From Lytechinus pictus (Eukaryota): 64,000 bases of DNA. Below are positions 13,301-25,898 of the stretch, piece by piece; the stretch's first letter is position 1; each line of letters begins with the position of its first letter. The stretch is taken from the NCBI RefSeq assembly GCF_037042905.1, contig NC_087250.1:4900001-4964000 (forward strand). Direction: 5' to 3'. The notes beneath the pieces were generated by a model. The model had not been told where the DNA came from. It made no database searches and saw only the letters and a program-made list of their open reading frames with translations. Position numbers and translations under genes: made by a program.

Positions 13301-14925
13301 GGCCACCAAAAAAAATTATTTGAAGATTTTGGTGGCCCAAACGGGCCACCACCAAAAAAAGTTAATGTGGAGCCTTGTTAAAGGTAAATGCTAGTTTTGG
13401 TAACGATATCAAAATGAGTTCGTACAGAATCCAATGAAATGACCACCAAAGTGTCTGTTTGTATAAATAAAACGCATGTGCCAAAGGATTCTGGAAGAAA
13501 TTGTGTAATTGCTGAGAAATCAGCAAATAAGCACAGGATTCGGGTAGAGCGTCGGGCCCGACGCTCAGAGCAATAATTATACACTGTCCCACGTGCGCTT
13601 ATCTGTGTTGGGGGAGTTCAGTCTGAACATTATTCAGCGTAGATTTCAAGATTTCACAAAGTTCAGTTTATGTAACTGTACCAGATCTAGATCCTCGATG
13701 ACATACTGACAATTAAGCCTGGTTTTACAGACTTTCTCATGAAATCAGTGTTTACTGCAACTACTGGAATTTCTCTTTAACTTTGGACAATTTGATGTGT
13801 TAAGGTAATACTACTACAAAATGAGCTGCATTACAGATTCTTTACAAAACTTTAGGGGCCACGCCATACAGTATGCACGCAAAAAGCCATCCATATGAGG
13901 ATGAAAAATGAACAATTATAATGCACTCGTTGTCATGCCTTGCGTAGGTCATGACGTAAAAATTGAGAAAAGGGTATGTCGGACGGATAAAAAGGTTGAT
14001 TATTTTATGGACTTGCCAGGAGGCCTTCTAACAGGTGATTCACTTGGGAAAGCATACATGTAACTTCATCTACAACTTAATACACGTACTATGAATACCA
14101 GTACAAACAAATATTCATCATGAGGGGCTTGCACTATCAAACATGAATAAATTCTAGCAGCATGTATGTTCAGTGTTGTGATAACAAGCGTTGTTTTTGT
14201 TTTTGTTTAAAAAGGGTGCTTTTTATAGAATGATCAATAACTATGAAAACATTAAAAAAATTGATTTAAATTGCTTTTGTTCGTTCTTACCTGCAGCAAA
14301 GTCCCTATCAACGGATCGTTCGTCATACATGGGTTGATTCTCTGTATTCATTGGGTATGGGTCGTCAAAAGCGGGAGGAGCCTCATCGCGATGGGCGTCG
14401 CTTAGCTCTGGGGCGGGTCTCGTGGGCTGGCTGATGTCGTAACTGTTGGTTTCTGGAATGATGAAGTCAGATGGTGGAGGAAATCAAATAAGATTGTTAT
14501 TGTTAGGATAACCATAATCAGATGAGATGATGAGTATTCCCACATAACAGTACCATGGTAACCTTGGCTACCACTGTCACAATGTTCATTGTAATCATCA
14601 TCACCATAATCATCATCATCACCATAATCATCATCATCATCATCACCATCATCGTCATCGTCATCATCATCATCATTACAATCTTCATCAAAATCATTAT
14701 CAACATAATCATCATCAGTATCATCGTCACCATCACCATCGTCATCACAATCATCATCATTATAAACATAATCTTCATCATCATCATCACCATTTCGATC
14801 ATCATCAATATCATCATCTTCATCATCCGTACACCCACCATTAATACAACTACTATCATCAGCATTATAATTATCATCTCTTTCATCTTCATCATTATCA
14901 TCATCATCATCACCACTACCACCAA

Positions 14926-14962
<37 letters not shown>

Positions 14963-17900
14963 TTCATCATCATCATTATCATCATCATCATCATCTTCAT
15001 CATCATCATCATCATCATCATCTTCATCATCATCATTATCATCACCATCATCATCATCTTCATCACCATCATCATCATCTTCATCATCATCATCACCATC
15101 GTCGTCGTCGTCATCATCATCATCATTACAATCTTCATCAAAATCATTATCAACATAATCATCATCAGTATCATCGTCACCATCACCATCGTCATCACAA
15201 TCATCATCATTATAAACATAATCATCATCTACATCATCATCATCACCGTCATCATCATCATCACCATTTCGATCATCATCAATATCATCATCCGTACACC
15301 CACCACCAATACAACTACCATCATAAGCATTATAATCATCATCTCTTTCATCATCATCATCACCACCACCACCACCACCACCACTACCACCACCATCATC
15401 ATCATCTTCATCATCAACATCATCATTATCATCATCATTATCATCATCATCATCATCATCATCACCACTACCACCACCATCATCACCACTACCACCACCA
15501 TCATCATCATCTTCATCATCATCAATATCATCATCATTCTCATTTATCATCATCTTCATCCGATCAGTACTCCCACCACCAATACATCCACCACCATCAT
15601 CATCTCCATCAGCATCATCTTTATTACCACCGCCACCACCACCATCCTCCTCCTCATCAAAGTGACTCACTACTAGTATGCCTCTGGACCGTGTTTGTCC
15701 TGCTCGTCGGTTCGCTCTTGCTCTCGCTGGCCGTCGGCGGCAGGGACCCATCAACTGTCGTTTTCCTGGGGAGCGTCGTGAAGGTGCTGGAGGCGTGGAA
15801 GAACTTCTCTTCCCATCCGTCCTTCTTGTACTGAGGACGCATGTCCTTATAAGCCCACATGGCATGTAGCACCTGTGTCGGTGTTAAAAGGATGCAAGCC
15901 ATCAACGGATTTATCGACTTGGTAGAGTGCAACAAGCCTTATTGTACAACACTTACTTAGCTTGTTGTATGCGAGCAAATGAGAGGCTGAATGTCAAACA
16001 TTCGTACCCCTGCACACATACCGCCCAAAGCGTACCGTCCACAATGTACCATTGCACTGGTCAGGAAAAGGTAACGTCACCATAAAAATATCACTGTCAA
16101 AATTTTATTTATTTTAATAGATTTATGTAGGAAAATGTGATCATTGTTCGACATATTTTTCGCTAACTTCCGAAAGCGTTGTACAACACAAATAACAAAT
16201 ATTCTTATTCATACAATGGTGCGACATTTTGCATTTGGTGAAAGAAAGAGACACTCTATTCAATAGAGCTTCTTTCTTTCACCTTGTGCGAAATCTCGCC
16301 CCGACGCACACATGCCTATTTGATATTTTTACATTGGCTGGTCGTTCAGAATTGTCTCCAGTTTAAAATTGGTGTTTTGTTTAGTTCCCAGTTGTGGATT
16401 GCTGCTAATTGCTATGCTCAGTTCAGCATTGTGTTCAATTGGTGCTGTGTTTAGATTGCAGTGATGGATGGTTGGGTTGCTAAGTGTTATGTTGACTTCC
16501 ATGTTGTGTATCATAAGGATTGTGTACCATTGGTGTTATGTCAAGGTCAATATTGTGAATGGTAGTGAAGTGTTGTGTTCAATTCAGTGCTGTGCTCTAA
16601 CACCAACAACTGATAAGAAGCAATGATAAACAGTCTATGCTTAATTTCGGTTCAGTGCCATAACTGGACTTTCAGTGTTGCATTCGGTTCAATCTCATGC
16701 AGTTTTGTTTAGTGCTCTGTTTTCAGTGTAGTATCTGGTGTACCATCGACACCAGATTCGTAGACACCTACCTGGTAAGCAGCCTTGATGACTGACGCTG
16801 GGTAAGCACCGTTGGTTTTGGTGAGAGAGACCAGACGCTCAATACCCGATGCACCCCGCAAGGATCTGCAGATATATAAATGTTGGATATTATCATTATC
16901 ATGAGAGACATAAGAAATACACATTGAATAATAAAAATAATAATGATCCGCTTCTATATACATGTAGCGCTTAATACAATAAAACAACGTCTCTAAACGC
17001 TTTACAGATATATTATTACCCCGGTCATCGGATCCTGGCATGCCCCCATACAATGTATGCACTTTCTCCACTCCCTGGGGAGCATGCCAACAAGAGTTCA
17101 AAGGCTCAATTACATGTATGAGGCATATTACATGATTAGGCTTTCGCTTCCTACCGGGTACCCATTAAACACTTGGGTGGAGAGTGGCAAAGTGTGGATT
17201 GTTGCCATGTGAAGATTGTTCAAACATGGTACAGCAAAGCTAAGTGACAAAGCTCCGCAACAATCTTTCAGTCTTTTTTTCTTTCACCAAAAATAGGAAC
17301 TGCCCCTATCAATGGGATATAGCTGACAGGTTTCACTCTACTTACTTTGCATTTTCTTGGTTCTTCGTAACCAGTTCCGTCATCGTGTTCAGGACAGCGA
17401 CGACGCCTTCATTAGAAATGTCTTTGGCCGATCGTCTACTGCTGGTGGAGCTTGGGAGACGTTCTACAAGATCCTGCATACCATACTTGCCTAAAAAACA
17501 GAAAGAAATAGAAGAAAGTGAACAAATATGTACGGCCACCAGAGGAAGTGGTTGGGACTATGGTTACCAAAGTGCCACCGGAATGCAACTTTTTTTCCAG
17601 AGGGGCGCAACCTGGTAGGAAAATGGTGGCATTCGCATCACTGAGGGGATCACACTTTCACCAAACCTCCGATCGAAGGCGGGAAAATATTTGGTTTATA
17701 TCCATCATCGGAATTAAACACATCAGGGGCCCGTTTCATAAAGAGTTACAACTGTTGTGACTTTGCCATTATGACAACAATCATGGCAACAGGGCTCAGC
17801 AGCCAATCAAAATCAAGGTAACCACGGTATTTGCCATAATGGGAACAGTTGCAAGTCCTTTATGAAACAGGCCCCTGATAGTAATGTACATCTAATTGAA

Positions 17901-20900
17901 TGAATAACAATCTTCGTGAGAGAATTCATTAATTCATTGATTAGCTTTGTACGTGCCCACATGCGTTTGGTTTAAGCCCCGCACTTAGCCGTAAATAGTT
18001 TTTGAAACATGTACATCTGATGTCATGGCTGAGGGTACTCTACCATTATGTGATGTCCGATGTCAGGATTCTTGGCATTCTTGCCAATTTCGTGACATTG
18101 GTTGGAACTATCTTTGGTCACATGACTGGGTTTAGACCAATCACCTGTTTGGATTATTATGGCAGATATAATAAGATAGAGACCACTCCATACATGTCAA
18201 ATCATCACTGGAACACTAAAATCTGTCGTGTGAAAGCCTATAACTGTTTTGTGAAATTAAGTGAAACTTTAAAATATCATGACTTTCTTATTCAAACATC
18301 CGATTTTGATGAAATTTTCAGCGTTATGCTTGTTGGATTTTTCTCTTTTTATTCAATTCAACTTTTTGTTGGGGTGGACTTGTCCTTTAACCCTAAATCT
18401 CCTGGGGTATTTTGATTCTTGTCATTCCCGGAGGGGGCCATTAAGATCTCAGCCGCGGATTGCGCGATCACAATGAAAATTTGCATGATGGTAGAGAATG
18501 ACGTAATCTACGCAGTTGCATTGGTAAATTTCACTGATATATTTATATTTTATATGAATTAATTATGCTAATTTATTCATGAAATCATACTTTTTGCTCT
18601 GATTCACTAAATAAAGCTCCTAGAATGCTAATTTTTGGTGAAAATATTCTTTATAGCATTCCTAACAAATGTGAATGAAATAAATTCTGGTACCAAGACC
18701 GATTTCTTATGTATTTTATTGTTTTTTTTTATTTCTTATGTACAGTGTATTTCTTTGTTTTTTACTTTTTGTTTTTTCATTGTTTTTTCGATGGAAATCG
18801 TTCCAGACTTAATTCTGATCATAAACAAGACAAAATTAATAAAGTTTAATCAGTAAAAGTAGAAATAATGATACATTTATGAATTTTGGCTAATACACAA
18901 TCTGCATTGGATTTGTACATGAAATCACGTTTATGAGCAATTTGGGGTCTGACATGCACTTACATAATGTTGCGTAATGTCGTAACCGCGTACGCGGGCG
19001 TCACAAATTTGGTCTCAAAATTTGCGCGAGACTTGAAAGTAAAAAGTCGGTGAGCGGCAAGGTCAAAAAATTTTGCGCAGCAGATATATCGTGAAAATTA
19101 TCGAGGGGGGCCATTATGGCCCCCCCTGGGAGAATTAGGGTTAAAGATCCTCCGCTTACCAATGAGATCTTTATTCCTTGGATCCATAGCGAGGTTGCGG
19201 AGGGCCTTGGCAACGGCGATCATCACACGGTCATTCTTCATCCTCAGAAGCTCAACAAGGATAGGTAGACCTTTCTCTTTCCTCATCTCAGCGCGGATAT
19301 ACATTGCCCACTGAAAAAAAAATTTAGGAAGAATTGTAATTGACAAAGTTAGAAGACGTTGAAAGGATTATAATAATAGCGGCATATTTACCCAGGGTAG
19401 CCACTTCAGTTCCGAAAACTGTTCTCCCAGTGGGCCTTGCTATTATTATTACCCGGCTAAGCTAGGCTACCTATACAGGTGCACACAGCTTTTTTGAGGA
19501 ATTACTTCCTGCCAGTACCCATTTACCTCACCTGGGTTGAGTGCAGCATACTGTGGATGAATTCCTTGCTGAAGGAAATTACGCCATGGCTGGGATTTGA
19601 ACCCAAGACCCTCTGTTTCAAAGTCCAGAGACTAATCCACTGGGCCACGACACTCCACTCATTATTGAGAAATGGTTATTAAAAAAGATAGTTCTTATAA
19701 AGATTGAAGAAAAAAAACACAATAATTCTTCATTGTTACAAAATTTCACTAAAATAGGTAGACTTTCCGCTTTCATCATCTCAGCTCAAATATACATTGC
19801 CCACTCAAAAAGGATTAACAAGAAATGCAATTGAAATGAAGAATATAAAAGTAAACAGGACCATTAGGCAATTGTTATCAATACATGGCCATTCTTCATT
19901 CTTAGAGCATTCACTATGATTGGTAGACCTTTCTCTTTATGAATCTAAAAGCCTGGATATACAATGGCCATTGAAGAAAGATTTCAAGAATCATAAACAA
20001 GCTCAAATGAAATCGAGGGAAATCCCCTTACACCACAACACTCAACTGCCATTCTCCAGCATTTACATTCTGGATTGTTCCTACTCAAATTTAAATTGAG
20101 GGAAGTCCCCTTCTGTAATTCAGGGGAATCCCCCCTACCCCACAACACTCTGTGGCTGTTACATTGTGTATTGCTCCAGCGGCTGCCTCCAAAGAGGCCG
20201 GTTTGGAGCACTTCGATAGTACAATGAAATCAAACGTACAGCTCCAATGAAATTGAGGGGAATCCCCTTCATTATTCAGGGGATTTTCCCCTACCCCACA
20301 ACGCGCACCTGCCACTCTCCGGCTGTTACATTCTGTATTGTCCCAGCGGCTGCCTCCAAAGAGGCCGGTTTGGAGCACTCTGATAGTACGATGAGAAACG
20401 GGTTGACGATGCAATGTTCTTTACCTGGGGGGAGTCCCTTACACAACACTCACCTGCCATTCTCCGGCTGTCACATTCTGTATCGTTCCAGCGGCTGCTT
20501 CCAAGGAGGCCGGTCTAGAGCACTCCGATAGTACAATGAGATACGGGTTGATGATACTTGGTTGCCAGAGCTTCTCCATACCTTTGACGTCCTTCTTCAG
20601 GTTAGGGATCGGCTGGGACGGGTTCCAGGTGCCAGTTTTGCTGCAAGGACAGAAACAGGTGTATAATTTGAAATACCAATGCCATGCTAAATCGTGATAG
20701 GTAAGCAGCATTGCACATCCTCTTGGCAGAATTTGACCAATGCGGTGATGCCTTTCATACCGCACACAACGAGGAGTTAAAGTGTGGCTCTTAGGTCGCA
20801 ATTAAATCTTTGTGAAATCCCCCCCCCCCCCCCCCCGGAAATGAGTTTGAAATTTTAAATCATATCTGACCAAGGTCCAGAAAGGTCATCTGAATGATTG

Positions 20901-22978
20901 GAGATAAACTTACCCTGCCGTTCCATTCGAAGCTAGCTGGGCGTCTTTCTTCTTACTCCCACCAAAACAGATCAACGAACCGCTCTGTGGACCTGGTCAA
21001 AAACAGATAACAACGAATCAGAGGCCTGCATATAACCAATTTACTATAACGGTTAAAAGCTACTGAAATCCTTCTATCCGATTGGCTGATGGGAAATTTG
21101 TCATAGAAACTGTTCATTTGTTATTATAACAAGTCTCTATGAAACAGGGAAGTGGAGAGCAAAATTCTCACCGAGTTTATCAGTGCACGAACTTACGGAA
21201 TCACAACGCTTTCGTTGCAGAATGACGTCATGGATCTGAGACCGATAAAAGCACAAAGCTCATTTTCGAAGTCCGATAATTGGAGCTATTCTGTAGTTAA
21301 ATACTCGGCTGGCAAGCGCTGCGGTGAATATGCGTAAATCTTTTTTTACACTGCAGCTGTGTTTTGAAGTTTATAAGCTTTGGATTGATGTATGATTTGT
21401 CAATTTCAATTTTGGGTCCGGTCAGGGTCTTTAAAAAGATAGGACAGCTTTGAGACATTTCAGACTCCAAAGTCGGTATAGGTTAGTCCAGAGCTACGAA
21501 ACTTGATCGTGAAAAAATTTTATTCTTTTTTATCCAATTTTCAAGCTTAAAATCCGATTTTTCATGAAAAACTTTGAAAAACATACCATAAACCATCATT
21601 CTTACAAGCTTCTAGGAGGAAAAGTGTCACTGTCGCGTTAAAAATCCTACTAATTCGGTGGATTCAAAATACGGTGCGCCACCTATCGGATGCAGCATAC
21701 AGGCCGAAATTCGCAATGCCCCATGGGAAAAAGTCGACATCTTTTATGCGCGCAAGTGCATGTACGCCATTATGCTGGGTTGACCGATGCAGCTCGACCA
21801 GCTTGCATATTATATGCTGTTCACCAGGGTCCAGGGGGTGGGAGAGAAATTAGCTGCATATTTCCTTGCAAAATTAAAAACGTTTTCAGAGAATTCTTCT
21901 TCCGCCTTTGGCATAAGGTTTCATTTTCAAGCATCATAGTCACTGCCTGATGTCTACCCCAAAGTTAGAAATTGGCCTGTCCACTGCAACTGATAGATGG
22001 CGCATCATATCGTGAATCCACCAAATTGGCGGCTCTGCTAGTCCAGGGGGGCGTTTCATGAAAGGACTTGTCGGACGTTTTATCCGACAAGTCCCATTTT
22101 ATCCGACAGTTACCATAGTAACATCAACATCAGACAAAGATGTAACTTGTCGGATGAAAATGTTGATGAAACACTCCCCTGGGTCACTCTAATTGGTAGT
22201 AATGGTTGGTTTACTTACTCTTCTTCTGTTGTGATTTGGGCATGGTGTCGGGGAAATTGGACGATGTGTTGCTGCGTAGGGGGATGGCGTCCGGGTGGTT
22301 GGCCTCGTTCGCTATACGAAACGTCAGGTTCCTCAGGATACAGAGGGTGTTCTCCACAACCTGACAGAAAGACAGATGGGAAATACTTGTGACATAAAAG
22401 AATCTTAAAGAGCATACCATGGGCCGTAGTTAATACACAAAGCATGGAAATAGATGGTACAGGTAACTTTGCTGAAATCAAATCTTTCAGGACCACCAAA
22501 ACCTGTTTAACGTAAATAAGACACGCTTTGTATACATACAGGTATTCTGGGGAGCGTTTCATGAAAGGACTTGTTTTATCCTACAAGTCTTGTTTTATCC
22601 GACAGTTACCATAGTAACAGTGCCTCTCAGCCAATCAGAATCAAGGAAAGTCATCAGATCTGACAACTTGTCACACGAAAATGTTGATGAAACACTCCCC
22701 AGGTCTGAAATAATGCTTGGGGTAAGGCGATAATTTAACTATACTGATGATGAGGATGTGATGATGGTGATGATGATGTGATAATGATGAGGATGATGGT
22801 GATGAGGATGATGTGATGATGATGAAGGTGATGATGATGATAATGATGATGGTGGTAATGATGATGGTGATGACGGTGGTGATGATGATGATGGTGATGA
22901 TGGTGATGATGATGATGATGATGGTGGTGGTGATGATGATGATGATGGTGATGGTAATGATGATGGTAATGATGATGG

Positions 22979-23027
<49 letters not shown>

Positions 23028-25848
23028 GATGATGATGGTGATGATGGTGATGATGATGATGGTGATGATGGTGATGATGAGGATGATGATGATGGTGTTG
23101 GTGGTAATGATGATGATGATAATAATGATGATGATGACAATGATGATGACAACGAAGATGAGGACGACAACATTGACAACAATAATGCCAAAAAAAATCC
23201 TTTTAATACTAACTTGATTATCCATGTCATTGTTCCTCATTGACGAGCTGAGTACGTGGAGTAGACTGTCTACCAGACCCTCACACTCTCTCATCCGATG
23301 CCTGGCTTCAATCCCACCTGAACTCACATTCCTGTAGTACAAAAAGAAATTAATAATCGTATTGAATATGCAATAGAGTGACTGGTATAGTAGTCTTATC
23401 CCTGTACATGTAGTAGACTGTCTACCAGACCCTCAAACTCTCTCATCGGATGCCTGGCTTCAATCCCACCTGAACTCACATTCCTGTAGTACAGAAAGAA
23501 TTAATAATCGTATTGAATATGCAATAGAGTGACTAGTAAAGTAGTCTTATCCCTGTACATGTAGTAGACTGTCTACCAGACCCTCAAACTCTCTCATCGG
23601 ATGCCTGGCCTCAATCCCACCTGAACTCACATTCCTGTAGTACAGAAAGAAATTAATAATCGTATTGAATATGCAATAGAGTGACTAGTAAAGTAGTCTT
23701 ATCCCTGTACATGTAGTAGACTGTCTACCAGACCCTCAAACTCTCATCAGATGCCTGGCTTCAATCCCACCTGAGGCCCGTTGCAGAAAGAGTTGCAATC
23801 AAACGCAACTCTAAAAATCACGCGCAACTTGATTTTCAACCAATCAACAGCGCGCATTTTGGACTTGCGATCGATTTTTTGACTTGCGTTTAAACGCAAC
23901 TCTATCTGCAACGAGCCCCTGAACTCACATTCCTGTAGTACAGAAAGAATTAATAATCGTATTGAATATGCAATAGAGTGACTGGTAAAGTAGTCTAATC
24001 CATGAACATATAGTAGACTGTCTACCAGGCCCTCGTACTCTCTCATCGGATGCCTGGCCTCAATCCCACCTGAACTCACATTCCTGTAGTACAGAAAGAA
24101 TTAAAAATCCCAATGAATAAGCAATAGAATGACTGGTTGAGGAGTCTAACATTTGCTCCAATAAGCAAACTGTACCAGAACATCACAGGCTTTCATCTAA
24201 TGCCTGGCGTCATGCCTATGAACTTATACTTTGCTCATTAAGTAATTTTCTTTTGCGTGCTATCAATTCTCCTTTCATACACTGTATGCACACACTCCGC
24301 TCCCTGGTGGGGAATATTCTATCCGTATGTCATACCTCAAACAGCCCGTGGCATTGATGAAAGTTTTAGTCCACGGCTCGTCGGCGGGCTTGAAAGGACT
24401 GTTGCCGCTAGGCTTCCATCCAGACTCTGGGATTAATACATTGTTCACCAGGACACTCAGGGCATCCTCCAAGATAGTCTTCTTCAAAGGCTGTTGGGAT
24501 TAATAAAATACAAGACATTAAATTTATTATTATTTCACTACTAGTGTATCCCTAAAAGGACCGAAATCTGACGAATATCACATGGGCTCCTGTACAAGAA
24601 TATGAGACCGGATTCAACAGTCTAGTGCCCATGCACGAATGCATTAAATATACAACGCGTACAAAAAGTAATACGATGCACAGCATAGAGCAAAATAATA
24701 ATAATAATAATAATATAGGGTATTTATATTGCGCACATATCCACCTTGTTAGGTGCTCAAGGCGCTCCTATATTACCCGGCTAAGCTAGGCGTTCATAGC
24801 GCACACAGCATTTTAAGGAATTACTTCCTACCGGTACCCATTTACCTCACCTGGGTTGAGTGCAGCACATTGTGGATCAGTTTCTTGCCGAAGGAAATTA
24901 CGCCATGGCTGGGATTCGAACCCACGACCCTCTGTTTCAAAGTCCGAAGACTAATCCACTGGGCCACAACGCTCCAAAATGATACTCAATGACGTCATAA
25001 TGAACTACATGTACATAGAAGTTGCGTGCCAATGACCAAATTTGATCTTATAAAGTAATGATGCCATATAAAGTGACATGACTTGTTCAATCAAACTTAT
25101 CCCTATTTTTTTTTTTGGGGGGGGGGAGGGGGGATGGGATAGATGATAATTGTATTGGATGGATTTTTTTCATGAAAAAGCAGAAATATTCTACTCGTTA
25201 GGGCCAATATTCCACTCCTTTGCCGTCTGAGACATCCAATATTTAAATTGTTGAGAAATACAAAGAGTAACGGTGATCTCACCTCAGAAGAGCTTAGATT
25301 CCATAACGTTCCTGCAGCAAGATCTTTGGTCTAATCGAAAGAGATAAAATGAAATTGAATTTAGAAAAGATAAACATTTCATCATCATCATCACCACAAT
25401 CTCAATTATCAACATTATCATCATGATCACCATCTTCATCATCATCATCATCATCATCATCACCATCACCATCATCATCATCATCATCACCATCACTACC
25501 ACCACCATCATCACCACCATCATAAAGATCAACATCAATGTCAACATTAATATAATCATTGTCATCACCATCATCATCATCATCATCATCATCATCACTA
25601 CCACCACCATCATCACCATCACCATCATCACCATCATCACCATCACCACCATCATCATCACCATCATCATCATTATGATTATCGTTATCATTACCATCAC
25701 CATCATCACCATCATCATCATCATCACTACCACCACCATCATCACCATCATCACCATCACCATCATCACCATCATCACCATCACCACCATCATCATCATC
25801 ATCATCACCATCGTCATCATCATCATCATCACCATCATCATTATCATC

Positions 25849-25898
<50 letters not shown>

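Noticed and set aside
14402..15865. Long Asp-, Met- or Ile-rich ORFs
   Set aside because: Stop-free frames of triplet repeats inside an intron with canonical splice sites
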